Below are positions 48,852 through 58,534 of a stretch of 64,000 nucleotides of DNA, piece after piece. The number at the start of each line of letters is the position of its first letter. The first letter of the stretch is position 1. Origin of the DNA: an uncultured Arcobacteraceae bacterium (GTDB lineage: Bacteria > Campylobacterota > Campylobacteria > Campylobacterales > Arcobacteraceae); NCBI GenBank assembly GCA_964342525.1, contig CAYFGQ010000013.1, positions 477 to 64,476 on the forward strand, written 5' to 3'. The notes below the pieces were generated by a model. It worked only from the letters and a program-made list of their open reading frames with translations, was not told where the DNA came from and did not search any database. Made by a program: the position numbers and the translations under genes.

Positions 48852-49635
48852 AAAAACTTACTTTATACTTTTTCTTATAATTATTGGTTTATCTTGGTAT
48901 TTTAACCTTGATAAACTAATACAAAATAAATCTACGGGTGTTTTAAATAACATCAAATTAGCATATGTGGAAAAACTTGACTCTATTAAAGATTCCATAG
49001 ATGTACATTTTAATCAAAGTGAAAAAATAAAAGAGCTTACACTAAAAAATGAAGAGCTTGAGAAATACAAATTATTATATAATGAACTTAGCAATAAATA
49101 TAATAACTTTGAAAACTTCAATGATAGTAATAATAGTTTAAAAAATGTAAATATCGTAAGTGTATTATCCTATAGCAAATATGATGATTTTACTAAGGTT
49201 TATATAGATACACATGATATAAATACTTCAAATATGAAAATAGGTGCTTTAATCTCTGATAATTACGCAGCGGGTATATTGGTAAAGGATGAGGGGAAAT
49301 CCATAGGTTTACTAAATGGAAATCAAAAATCAAACTACGCTGTATATATAGGAAAAGCTAAAGCACCAGGAATTACCCACAGTTTAAAAAACAAAAAAGA
49401 AATTGTGGTAAAGTTTATACCAAATTGGTTAGAGATAGACATAGATGATGAGGTTTATACTAGTGGTATGGATGGTATATTCTTTGAAGGTTTAAAAGTG
49501 GGAAGAGTTGTATCAGTTAAGAAAATAGGGGATACTCAAGAGGCTATTGTGGAGCCTTATGCTGATACTAGTGATGATAGTTTATACTATTTATATTATA
49601 GGGACAACTCTAAAAATAAGAGTACAAAAAATTAA
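48844..49635 (+). CDS. mreC: Rod shape-determining protein MreC
   Basis: It overlaps the mreB stop. It has an N-terminal TM segment, a coiled-coil and a C-terminal beta domain ([18 protein letters not shown]). Confidence 0.75.
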   Translation: MSKKTYFILFLIIIGLSWYFNLDKLIQNKSTGVLNNIKLAYVEKLDSIKDSIDVHFNQSEKIKELTLKNEELEKYKLLYNELSNKYNNFENFNDSNNSLKNVNIVSVLSYSKYDDFTKVYIDTHDINTSNMKIGALISDNYAAGILVKDEGKSIGLLNGNQKSNYAVYIGKAKAPGITHSLKNKKEIVVKFIPNWLEIDIDDEVYTSGMDGIFFEGLKVGRVVSVKKIGDTQEAIVEPYADTSDDSLYYLYYRDNSKNKSTKN

Positions 49636-49649
49636 TAAAAGGAAATAAC

Positions 49650-50819
49650 ATGGAATTTAGTGCACCTTTAAAATCAGATTCTAAAAAGATTTTACTTCTT
49701 GGTAGTGGGGAATTAGGAAAAGAGGTAATTATAGAAGCTCAGAGGCTTGGAATAGAAACAATCGCAGTTGATAGTTACAATAATGCACCAGCACAGCTTG
49801 TGGCAAATAAAGCATATACAATCAATATGAAAAATGAAGATGAGGTTTTAGATGTGATAAGACGTGAAAAACCTGATTTTATTTTGCCTGAGATTGAAGC
49901 TATTGCTATCTCTGCACTTTTTAAAGCTGAGAGTGAAGGTTTCCATGTGATTCCAAATGCAGAAGCAGTAAATAAAACTATGAATAGAAAAAATATCAGA
50001 GTTTTTGCTTGTGAAGAGTTAAACCTTCCTGCTTCAAAATATAAGTTTGTAACTACATTTGAAGAGTTAGTTGAAGCTGCTGATTATGTAAACTATCCTT
50101 GTGTTATTAAACCTGTAATGAGTAGTAGTGGACATGGGCAAAGTGTTGCTAAAACAAAAGATGATCTTGAAAAGTCATGGGAAATTGCAAAAGAGGCTAG
50201 GGGAGATGCTAGTGAGCTTATCGTAGAAGAGTTTATTACTTTTGATTATGAGATCACACTACTTACTGCTAGAAATGAAAAAGAGACCGTATTTTGTGAG
50301 CCAATAGGGCATATTCAGCAAGATGGGGATTATATCTTTTCATGGCAACCAATGGAGATGAGTGAAGTAGCTATACAAAAAGCACAAGATATTGCAAAAA
50401 CTATCACTGATGGTTTAGGTGGAAGAGGTATCTTTGGTGTTGAATTATTTGTAAAAGGTGATGAGGTATATTTCTCAGAAGTAAGTCCAAGACCACATGA
50501 TACTGGTATGGTTACAATGATCACACAATCACAAAGTGAGTTTGCCTTGCATGTAAGAGCAGTTCTTGGACTTCCTTTAGATTTTATAGACTATGGAGCA
50601 GGGGCAAGTGCAGCTTATAAAGCTAAAGATGATACATTTAATCCTATTGTAGAAGTGGAAGATGATGTATTTACTAAAAACTCATTTGTAAGGGTATTTG
50701 GAAAGCCACAAAGCCATGTAGGAAGAAGAATGGCTGTAGTTCTTACATTTGATAAGGATAGTAGTGAAAAGGCTCTAAATGATTCTAAAGAGCTTATAAA
50801 AAAAGTAACAGATAGATAG
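49650..50819 (+). CDS. purT: Formate-dependent phosphoribosylglycinamide formyltransferase
   Basis: [13 protein letters not shown], an ATP-grasp core and SPRPHDTGM are present. Confidence 0.92.
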   Translation: MEFSAPLKSDSKKILLLGSGELGKEVIIEAQRLGIETIAVDSYNNAPAQLVANKAYTINMKNEDEVLDVIRREKPDFILPEIEAIAISALFKAESEGFHVIPNAEAVNKTMNRKNIRVFACEELNLPASKYKFVTTFEELVEAADYVNYPCVIKPVMSSSGHGQSVAKTKDDLEKSWEIAKEARGDASELIVEEFITFDYEITLLTARNEKETVFCEPIGHIQQDGDYIFSWQPMEMSEVAIQKAQDIAKTITDGLGGRGIFGVELFVKGDEVYFSEVSPRPHDTGMVTMITQSQSEFALHVRAVLGLPLDFIDYGAGASAAYKAKDDTFNPIVEVEDDVFTKNSFVRVFGKPQSHVGRRMAVVLTFDKDSSEKALNDSKELIKKVTDR

Positions 50820-50823
50820 ATTA

Positions 50824-50866
50824 GTGGGTAGGTTTATAAGTTGTATGTTGTAAGTTGCCTAACGGC
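50824..50866. repeat. Fragment related to the 38148-38185 end of the 37.9-38.2 kb element, in inverted orientation
   Basis: GGGTAGGTTTATAAGTTGTATG...GTTGCCTAACGGC here compares with the rc of 38148-38185, GGTTGGTAGGTTAATAAGTTAGTAGGTTGCCTTACGGC. Confidence 0.4.
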
Positions 50867-50927
50867 GAAGTAGAAATATTTCTAAATTCATTCAACTTTT
50901 AAATCATCCAAAATTTCAAAGAGCAAT

Positions 50928-50964
50928 AAAAAAGGGTAGAAGTTTTTACCTCTACCCTTTTTTT
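50928..50964. terminator. Bidirectional terminator between purT and ahpC
   Basis: A6-GGGTAGA...TCTACCC-T7 forms a 7-9 bp stem flanked by A and T runs. Confidence 0.75.
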
Positions 50965-50982
50965 ATGAGCTAAAACTATATA

Positions 50983-51579
50983 TTATAATTTTTCAGCGTT
51001 TTTCTCTAGGTATTCAGCAACACCAGCAGTGTCTGGTTTCATACCTTCATCACCTTTGTTCCAACCAGCTGGACAAACTTCACCATGCTCGTTTGTAAAT
51101 AACATAGTATCAACCATTCTGATCATCTCATCAATGTTTCTTCCTAGTGGTAAGTCATTGATTGTAGCATGTCTTACTGTACCGTCAGCATCTAATAGGA
51201 ATGAACCTCTTAAAGCTACAGAATCACCAAATAATACGTCGAAATCTTTAGAGATTTGCTTGTTTAAGTCAGCTACTAGTGGATATTTGATTCTTCCGAT
51301 TCCACCTTTTTCAACTGGAGTTTCTCTCCATGCAAAGTGTGAGAATTGAGAGTCAACAGATACACCGATCACTGAAACACCTCTTGATTCAAACTCTTCA
51401 ATTCTGTGAGAGAATGCAATAATCTCTGATGGACATACAAATGTAAAGTCTAGTGGGTAAAAGAATACAACTGCACCTTTTTCACCAATGTTTTCATATA
51501 AATTGAAATCTTCAACAATTTGACCATCTGCAAGTACAGCTGTAGCTGTAAAATCTGGAGCTTTTTTAGTAACTAACAT
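50983..51579 (-). CDS. ahpC: Typical 2-Cys peroxiredoxin (AhpC/TsaA)
   Basis: FFYPLDFTFVCPSEI (peroxidatic Cys) and the C-terminal GEVCPAGW (resolving Cys) are present. Confidence 0.93.
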   Translation of the reverse strand: MLVTKKAPDFTATAVLADGQIVEDFNLYENIGEKGAVVFFYPLDFTFVCPSEIIAFSHRIEEFESRGVSVIGVSVDSQFSHFAWRETPVEKGGIGRIKYPLVADLNKQISKDFDVLFGDSVALRGSFLLDADGTVRHATINDLPLGRNIDEMIRMVDTMLFTNEHGEVCPAGWNKGDEGMKPDTAGVAEYLEKNAEKL

Positions 51580-51714
51580 ATTAATTCCTTTGTTTAATTT
51601 AATTGGTTGTAATTATACAATAAAAATATAAATATTGTTCAATATCAAATAATAAATTTTTTCCTTTAAGCTAAATATAAAATATTAAAAGAAAAATATT
51701 ATCCATATTAAAAC

Positions 51715-52152
51715 TTATTTAATCATATTTCCTATCATCCAAAGTTGTTTTTCAAGTTCGCTAACTTTATCATCTGCAAAAGCTTCTGTTGTTTTATCTC
51801 CAGCTTCACCTGCTACTTCACTTAATGTTTGAAAAGATTTTAATAAATATTTATAATCACTTATAATAGCTTTTACTACATCTTTAGATCTAAATGAATC
51901 ACCTTTTTCCTCTTTTATTTTTGTAGCTTTTATAAGTTCACCCATTGTTAAGTATGGTTTTTCACCAAGTTGTAGTACTCGCTCAGCTGCATCATCATAA
52001 AGTGTAGACATTGAGTTATAAATCTCTTCTGTTTGATTATGAACTGGGAAAAAGTCCATACCTTTTATATTCCAGTGGTAGTTGTGTACCTTTACATATA
52101 AAGCGTGTGCATCGGCTTGGATTTGTTTTAGTTGTTTTACTACATTTTTCAT
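51715..52152 (-). CDS. dps: Dps-family DNA-binding ferritin-like protein
   Basis: The ferroxidase-site pattern HNYHWNIKG...DDAAERV is present in a 145-aa protein. Confidence 0.88.
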   Translation of the reverse strand: MKNVVKQLKQIQADAHALYVKVHNYHWNIKGMDFFPVHNQTEEIYNSMSTLYDDAAERVLQLGEKPYLTMGELIKATKIKEEKGDSFRSKDVVKAIISDYKYLLKSFQTLSEVAGEAGDKTTEAFADDKVSELEKQLWMIGNMIK

Positions 52153-52325
52153 TTAGTGTCCTTTTATTTATTAAATTTTGGAAGCTATTATCTTTTTACA
52201 AAGGATAATTTTTTTCCTTTGAGAATTATATGCTATAAATTATTAAAGGAAAATAAATTTCTTTTAGTAAATTATAAAGCTTTCCTTGGTATAAATATAG
52301 ATTAACTATAGTTTCATAAATAAGA

Positions 52326-52745
52326 ATGGAAGTGAGAAAGATGGATTTTGTAAGTTTATTAAAACAGAGTGATCTAAAGGTCACACCACAAAGACTTACA
52401 CTTCTTGAACAGATATATAAATATGGTCATATCGATATTGATAGTTTATTTGAAAATATCAAAGTGACATTTCCCACAATTTCATTGGCAACTTTATACA
52501 AAAATATAAATGCTATGATTGAAAAAGGACTTTTAAAAGAGGTTAAGATTGTTGGGATGAAAAATAAGTATGAAATTACAAAAAAAGAGCATGCTCATGC
52601 TATTTGTAATTCTTGTGGAAAAGTTGAAGATGTATTTTTAGATACAAATGCTCTAAAAGAAAATCTTGAGACTAATACACAATATTATATCTCTCAAACA
52701 GATATGAACTTTTTTGGTGAATGTCCAGAGTGTAAGGCTTCTTAG
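52326..52745 (+). CDS. perR: Fur-family regulator, probably PerR
   Basis: LKVTPQRLTLLE is the HTH, and two CxxC pairs (CNSCGK and CPECK) are present. The gene is divergent from dps and near ahpC. The start may be Met6. Confidence 0.72.
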   Translation: MEVRKMDFVSLLKQSDLKVTPQRLTLLEQIYKYGHIDIDSLFENIKVTFPTISLATLYKNINAMIEKGLLKEVKIVGMKNKYEITKKEHAHAICNSCGKVEDVFLDTNALKENLETNTQYYISQTDMNFFGECPECKAS

Positions 52746-52780
52746 AGAAGAGTTTTTCTATTAATTATAGATTTATATAA

Positions 52781-52808
52781 GGGTATAACTTTTGTTATGC
52801 CCTTTTTT
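52781..52808 (+). terminator. Rho-independent terminator after perR
   Basis: GGGTATAAC-TTTT-GTTATGCCC forms a 9-bp stem with one G-U pair, followed by T6. Confidence 0.6.
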
Positions 52809-53538
52809 AATTGTAAAGTACGTTTGAGAGATAAAGTCCATTTGATGGAGCTGGTTTTCTAAATTTGTTTTTAGGGGCTTCACTATTAAGATGCTCTTTT
52901 AAATCTTCTATACTTTTTTTTCCTTCAGAGATTGCTAATAAAAATCCAACCATAAGACGAATCTGTGATCTTAAAAATCCATTGGAGCTAAATTTAAATA
53001 TATAATAGCCTTTATATTTATAAAGTTTTGCTTCATATACATCTCTAATAGTAGAGTTTGGATCACTACCTTCTTTAGAAAAATTCTTATAGTCATATCT
53101 TCCTATAAAGCATCCTATAGCTTCATTTATCTTTTTTTCATCGATAAAGTCGATAAAAGTGATATAATCATCATAAAAGGGATTTGAGGGCTTTGTAGAT
53201 ACTATATATCTATATGATCTTTTTTTTGCAGAAAACCTAGCGTGAAAATCTTCACTTACTTGTTTGATTGATCTTATATTTATAGATTTTGGTAAGATAT
53301 CATTTAGTTTATTTTTTAGTTTACTAAAGTCTTTCCAATACTCAGGGATATTTATATTGATCACTTGTCCTGTTGCATGCACACCCTTATCTGTTCTTCC
53401 AGAAAATATGATTTTTGAATCTATATTAAGTAATTTAAGGGCTTTTTGTAAGGTGCTTTCTACTGTAACTTTATCAGGTTGTTTTTGGGAGCCATAATAT
53501 TTGCATCCATCATATTGAATTACAAGTTTACAATTCAT
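52807..53538 (-). CDS. truA: tRNA pseudouridine(38-40) synthase
   Basis: The catalytic-Asp motif SGRTDKGVHATGQV is present in a 243-aa protein. Confidence 0.9.
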   Translation of the reverse strand: MNCKLVIQYDGCKYYGSQKQPDKVTVESTLQKALKLLNIDSKIIFSGRTDKGVHATGQVININIPEYWKDFSKLKNKLNDILPKSINIRSIKQVSEDFHARFSAKKRSYRYIVSTKPSNPFYDDYITFIDFIDEKKINEAIGCFIGRYDYKNFSKEGSDPNSTIRDVYEAKLYKYKGYYIFKFSSNGFLRSQIRLMVGFLLAISEGKKSIEDLKEHLNSEAPKNKFRKPAPSNGLYLSNVLYN

Positions 53539-54554
53539 TAATAAAGTTTTTTTATTTTTATTTGATAAGCAATTATATTAGCAAGAGATACTGCAATCAT
53601 CGTTATCCAAATAGTATCTAAACTATAGTGTCTTGATCCATAGATTATGATTGCAGTATATATTGCTGTAATGATCATTCCATTTCTTGTGGAAGTATTT
53701 TTTTCATATCTTGGGTTATAATATCCAAAGGCTATAATTAGGGGTAAAGTTAAAAGAGGAAATAAAGAAAATAAAATATAAAAGATAAAGTTTTTATCAG
53801 TAATTTTTAATCGTTCTTTCCAAAAACTAATAGGATCAGTGAACTTTGTCACTCTAAAACTTCCTAAGGTATCTGTGATAAACATCTCTTTAAAGTTGAT
53901 TTGATTAACTTCTGAGCTAAATCTAGTCGATATTCCATCCATTAATGTTAAATCAAGTTCCCCGTTGTTATTTTTTGCAAGAGCTTTATTTGAAACAATA
54001 AATTGATATGCTTCTTCACTTTTCATATCTTTAAATAATCTTACCCCTTCATAACTCAGCTGGTCATCCTTATCAATATATATAAGCCAGTCCCCAAACT
54101 TTTGTCCAAACTCTGAAGCTTTTATATTAAAGCTAGCTTCTTTTTTCTTTTGTTCAAGTAGTAGATTATTTAGGTATTCAGCTTTTGGGATAAGGGCTAA
54201 AGATACTATTAACATCATCATTGTAAAAATAATAGTTAGGGGTAATAAGAACCAAATAAATCTAGTAGGTTTTAATCCTAAGCTAGTGATAACTATTAAT
54301 TCATATTCAGAAGATAGTCTTGCAAAAGCCATTAAATAAGATATAAACAGAGATATTGGTAAGGTATAAAATAAGATTTTCGGTAAAGAGTATATATAAA
54401 AAAGAGCTAGCTCAAAAAGATCAATTTTGATGATTGATGTTAAAGTTGCAATTTTTACCATAAAAATTACAGAGGTTATTAAAAATAGGGTACCAAATAT
54501 TGAAAAAAATACTTGTGATATATTTGAAAATAGATATGATTTTAATTTACCCAT
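53538..54554 (-). CDS. LptF/LptG-family LPS export permease
   Basis: 338 aa with six TM segments and a central periplasmic beta-jellyroll region (YjgP/YjgQ architecture). Confidence 0.78.
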   Translation of the reverse strand: MGKLKSYLFSNISQVFFSIFGTLFLITSVIFMVKIATLTSIIKIDLFELALFYIYSLPKILFYTLPISLFISYLMAFARLSSEYELIVITSLGLKPTRFIWFLLPLTIIFTMMMLIVSLALIPKAEYLNNLLLEQKKKEASFNIKASEFGQKFGDWLIYIDKDDQLSYEGVRLFKDMKSEEAYQFIVSNKALAKNNNGELDLTLMDGISTRFSSEVNQINFKEMFITDTLGSFRVTKFTDPISFWKERLKITDKNFIFYILFSLFPLLTLPLIIAFGYYNPRYEKNTSTRNGMIITAIYTAIIIYGSRHYSLDTIWITMIAVSLANIIAYQIKIKKLY

Positions 54555-54556
54555 TG

Positions 54557-55333
54557 TTATCCTAAAATATTTATAAATTGATTTTTAAAGATATACGTAC
54601 AAAATAATCCTAAAGCTAAATAGGGAATAAAAGGTATCTCTATATCTTTTTTTGAATAGTTATTATAAACTGCTGGAATTATAGCAAAAAGGGCACTTAA
54701 AAATATAGCAACTAGTGCTAACTTTAAACCAAGTATTACTCCAATAGCTGAAATCACTGGTATATCCCCCTCTCCTAGAGCTTCTTGTGTTCTTAAAGAT
54801 TCATCTTTATAGATTCTTGATTTGATATTTTGTATATAAAAAGTGATAATAAAATTTAAAAGTACAAAACCTCCTGCTAAAATCATGGCATCTTGTATAG
54901 CAAATAAAAAATCATTTTTTGTAATAAAAAATGAAATAATAAATACAATAAACAGTAGATAATCAGGAACCTCTTTATATTTTAGATCTATAAATGAAAG
55001 TATTATAATTGTATAAAAAAATAAAAGGCTGAGAATAAGCTCTATACCAAAGCCTAATTTATTATAAATAAGTAGAGTTATTAATCCTGTAAGTAGTTCA
55101 ACTATAGGATATATGATAGATATATAGTTTTTACAAGTTGAGCATTTGCCTCTTAGTAAGAGATATGAGATTACTGGTATATTCTCATACCATTTTATTA
55201 TGGTATTACAGTTTGTACATACTGAACGTGAAGGACTAAATAGGCTTATATCAAGAGGTAGTCTATATATTAGCATATTAAAAAATGAGCCAAATATAAG
55301 ACCTAAAATAAAGATAGAGATAGATTCAATCAA
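54557..55333 (-). CDS. Prepilin peptidase (A24 family)
   Basis: The N-terminus FGSFFNMLIYRLP, the Cys cluster CTNC...CSTC and the polytopic aspartyl protease motif GEGD are present. Confidence 0.83.
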   Translation of the reverse strand: MIESISIFILGLIFGSFFNMLIYRLPLDISLFSPSRSVCTNCNTIIKWYENIPVISYLLLRGKCSTCKNYISIIYPIVELLTGLITLLIYNKLGFGIELILSLLFFYTIIILSFIDLKYKEVPDYLLFIVFIISFFITKNDFLFAIQDAMILAGGFVLLNFIITFYIQNIKSRIYKDESLRTQEALGEGDIPVISAIGVILGLKLALVAIFLSALFAIIPAVYNNYSKKDIEIPFIPYLALGLFCTYIFKNQFINILG

Positions 55334-55336
55334 TCT

Positions 55337-56017
55337 TTATACACCACCAAATCTTCTCTCACGATTTCCAAAATCAGATAAGATATCATCTAACTCATCT
55401 GTAGAAAACTCTGGCCAATATGTATTTGTGAAAAACATTTCAGCATAAGCTAACTGCCAAAGTAGATAGTTTGAGATTCTAATCTCTCCACTTGTTCTTA
55501 TCATCAAATCAACATCTGGCATAAAGTGTGTATCAAGGTTTTTAGAGATATTTTCTTCATTTATATCATTATTTGATTCACTTAATTTTTTTACAGCTCT
55601 TACAATTTCATCACGGCTTCCATAGTTTAGTGCTAAAACTTGTGTAAGCCCTGTACATGATGAGGTTTTTTCTTCTACATCTTTTATGGTTTTTTGTAAA
55701 GAATTTGAAAACTTTGAAAGATCTCCTATAGCTCTAAATCTTACATTATTGGCTAGATAAATTTTTAATTCACTTTTAAAATATCGCTCAAGAAGTTTCA
55801 TCAAAAATTGAACTTCTAGTTTTGGTCTATTCCAGTTTTCTGTACTAAAAGCATATAAAGTAAGGAATTTTACCCCTATGTTGCTACAGTGGGTAGTTAT
55901 TTCCCTTACTGTTTTTGCCCCCTCTTCATGTCCAGCTGTTCTATTTAGACCACGTTCAGTTGCCCAACGTCCATTACCATCCATAATGATTGCTAAATGT
56001 TTTGGTATATTAGTCAT
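55337..56017 (-). CDS. uppS: Undecaprenyl diphosphate synthase
   Basis: HLAIIMDGNGRWA, the ..LYAFSTENW.. motif and RTSGE.R.SN are present. Confidence 0.93.
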   Translation of the reverse strand: MTNIPKHLAIIMDGNGRWATERGLNRTAGHEEGAKTVREITTHCSNIGVKFLTLYAFSTENWNRPKLEVQFLMKLLERYFKSELKIYLANNVRFRAIGDLSKFSNSLQKTIKDVEEKTSSCTGLTQVLALNYGSRDEIVRAVKKLSESNNDINEENISKNLDTHFMPDVDLMIRTSGEIRISNYLLWQLAYAEMFFTNTYWPEFSTDELDDILSDFGNRERRFGGV

Positions 56018-57221
56018 GAAATTCTTCTTTTAATGTGTTTAATAGATTTAGTGATAGATTTACTTTATCACTTTTATCTAATACTATTTGTTTATTTTTA
56101 GTTAATAGTTCAATTTGATTTGAATCACTACCAAATTTATTACCTTCATCTAAAATATTTAAACAAACACCATCTAATGACTTTTTATTTAACATTTTTA
56201 AAGCATTTGATTTGGCATTATCTTTATCCATTTCTGCTTTAAAACCAATTGTGTAGATACTCTCTTTTGTTAAAGAATTTAAAATATCAATGTTTTGTTT
56301 TAACTCTAAATTCCAAGTTTGTCCAATATCCTCTTTTTTTAATTTACCATTTTCACTAATACTTGGGGTATAATCACTTACAGCAGCAACTCCAAAGAAA
56401 TAAGGCTTTTTAGTTATATTAGCACTTTTAATAAGAGTTTCACAAGTATTAAACATCTGTTTAGTACTTTCAACTCTTATATTTTCTATGGCATTTATAG
56501 CTGGTTTTTCTGAACTTACAGAGCTTACTAAAGTAATATCTGCTCCCTTATAAAAAAGTGCTGTGGCTAAAGATACAGCCATTTTTCCACTAGAAAAGTT
56601 AGAGATATATCTAATATCATCTATTCTCTCAATTGTTCCACCACCATTTAGTACAACTTTTCTATTTTCCCAATATTCATCTTTAAGAAGTTCTCTAATG
56701 GCAAAGTGGTATAAATCTTCAGGTTCTACCATAGCTCCATCACCCACATCTTTACATGCTAACTCTTTTGTTTGAGTATTTAGTATTTTAAAATTGCACT
56801 CTTTTAATATTTCAAGGGATTTTTTAGTAATAGGATTTTGGATCATATTTGTATTTGCTGCAGGGGCAAGAAGTTTAACATCTGGATATGCTATTGCACT
56901 TTGAAGTAATAGATTGTCTGCTATTCCATTGCTTAGTTTATTTATAGTATTTGCCGTGGCTGGTGCTATTATAAATAAATCCGCCCATTTCCCTATAGCT
57001 ATATGATTATTATCATCTGCCCAAGATTCAGTAGATTCGATCAATACTTTATTTTGTGAGATAGTTTCAAATGTAAGGGGTGTTATAAATTTTGTAGCCG
57101 ATGGGCTCATTATAACTCTTACATTTGCATGTGCTTTTATAAAAAGTCTAATAAGTTCTAAGGTTTTATAAATAGCTATGGAGCTACTTACTCCAACTAG
57201 AATATTTTTGTTTTCTATCAT
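56010..57221 (-). CDS. coaBC: Bifunctional phosphopantothenoylcysteine decarboxylase/synthetase
   Basis: An N-terminal flavoprotein domain (VGVSSSIAIYK...PATANTINK) and a C-terminal CoaB (ISNFSSGKM) are present. Confidence 0.9.
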   Translation of the reverse strand: MIENKNILVGVSSSIAIYKTLELIRLFIKAHANVRVIMSPSATKFITPLTFETISQNKVLIESTESWADDNNHIAIGKWADLFIIAPATANTINKLSNGIADNLLLQSAIAYPDVKLLAPAANTNMIQNPITKKSLEILKECNFKILNTQTKELACKDVGDGAMVEPEDLYHFAIRELLKDEYWENRKVVLNGGGTIERIDDIRYISNFSSGKMAVSLATALFYKGADITLVSSVSSEKPAINAIENIRVESTKQMFNTCETLIKSANITKKPYFFGVAAVSDYTPSISENGKLKKEDIGQTWNLELKQNIDILNSLTKESIYTIGFKAEMDKDNAKSNALKMLNKKSLDGVCLNILDEGNKFGSDSNQIELLTKNKQIVLDKSDKVNLSLNLLNTLKEEFHD

Positions 57222-57237
57222 TTTAGTTCTTTTAAAA

Positions 57238-58533
57238 TTACTTCTTATTAAAAAACTTGTAGAAGAAACCTTTTATATTTTTTTGTTTTGTTCTACTAAG
57301 TGCTAAATCTCCAGAGTTTACTTTAGCTGTGATTGTACTTCCTGCAGCTACCATTGCATCATCTTCAATTTCAACTGGTGCTACTAGTTGTGTGTCACTA
57401 CCAATAAATACATTTTTACCTATGATTGTTTTATGTTTATTGATACCATCGTAGTTACAAGTGATTGTTCCACATCCTATATTTGTACCCTCATCAATTT
57501 CACAGTCTCCAAGATATGTAAGGTGACCAGCTTTTACACCTATTAGTTTAGCTTTTTTAGTTTCAACATAGTTTCCAATGTGTGTATCTTTTAAAACTGA
57601 ACCGGGTCTAATTCTTGCCATTGGCCCCGCATCACTATTTTCTAGTACCCCATCTTCTATATGAGTATTTGTTTTAATATGTGAGTTTATGATTTTTGAG
57701 TTACCTAAAATAGTAACTCCATTTTCTATAATTGATTCACCTTCAATCTCTACACCATATTCAATATATATAGTAGAAGGCAGTCTCATAATCACACCAG
57801 TTTTTAAGAACTTTTCTTTGATTCTATTTTGATGGATCTCTTCAGCTTCTGCTAAATCAAGTTTAGAGTTTACCCCTTTAAAGTTTTCCTCTTTTACATA
57901 AATAGGATCAATTGTCAAACCTTGATTAAGAGCCATTTCTACAAGATCAGTTATATAATATTCTTTTTGAGCATTATTATTATTTAATTTAGGTAAGGAC
58001 TCAGCTAAAAATGCACTATCAAAACAATAGATACCAGCATTTGCTGTTGTGATTTTTAATTCTTCTTCATTACAATCTTTTTGTTCAACTATTTTTTTTA
58101 CATTTTCATTTTCAATTACAACTCTACCATAACCATTTGCATCATCTAAAGCAAGTACCGACATGGAAAGTTTTGAATCTGTATCTATAAGTGATTTTAA
58201 CTCTTCAGCTTCAATAAGTGGCATATCTCCATTTAATACTAAAGTTTTTTCATGTTTTGGATTTATACCCATTACTGCACCACCAGTACCAGGATAATTC
58301 TCATGATCTTGAATATGGTATGTTACATCATTAAAGTGTTTTTCCATAGATGATCTTACTAGATCTGCTTGATGGTAAAGTACTACATGGATATCATCAC
58401 TTAGTTTTTTAGCTTCATTGATTGAATAAAAAAGCATTTCATGACCAGAAATTTTATGCAATACCTTAGGCTTAGTTGATTTCATTCTAGTACCAGCACC
58501 TGCTGCTAGAATAATAATTGATAGCTTGTTCAA
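57238..58533 (-). CDS. glmU: Bifunctional GlcNAc-1-P uridyltransferase / GlcN-1-P acetyltransferase
   Basis: LAAGAGTRMKS and a C-terminal left-handed beta-helix are present. Confidence 0.93.
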   Translation of the reverse strand: MNKLSIIILAAGAGTRMKSTKPKVLHKISGHEMLFYSINEAKKLSDDIHVVLYHQADLVRSSMEKHFNDVTYHIQDHENYPGTGGAVMGINPKHEKTLVLNGDMPLIEAEELKSLIDTDSKLSMSVLALDDANGYGRVVIENENVKKIVEQKDCNEEELKITTANAGIYCFDSAFLAESLPKLNNNNAQKEYYITDLVEMALNQGLTIDPIYVKEENFKGVNSKLDLAEAEEIHQNRIKEKFLKTGVIMRLPSTIYIEYGVEIEGESIIENGVTILGNSKIINSHIKTNTHIEDGVLENSDAGPMARIRPGSVLKDTHIGNYVETKKAKLIGVKAGHLTYLGDCEIDEGTNIGCGTITCNYDGINKHKTIIGKNVFIGSDTQLVAPVEIEDDAMVAAGSTITAKVNSGDLALSRTKQKNIKGFFYKFFNKK

Positions 58534-58534
58534 A

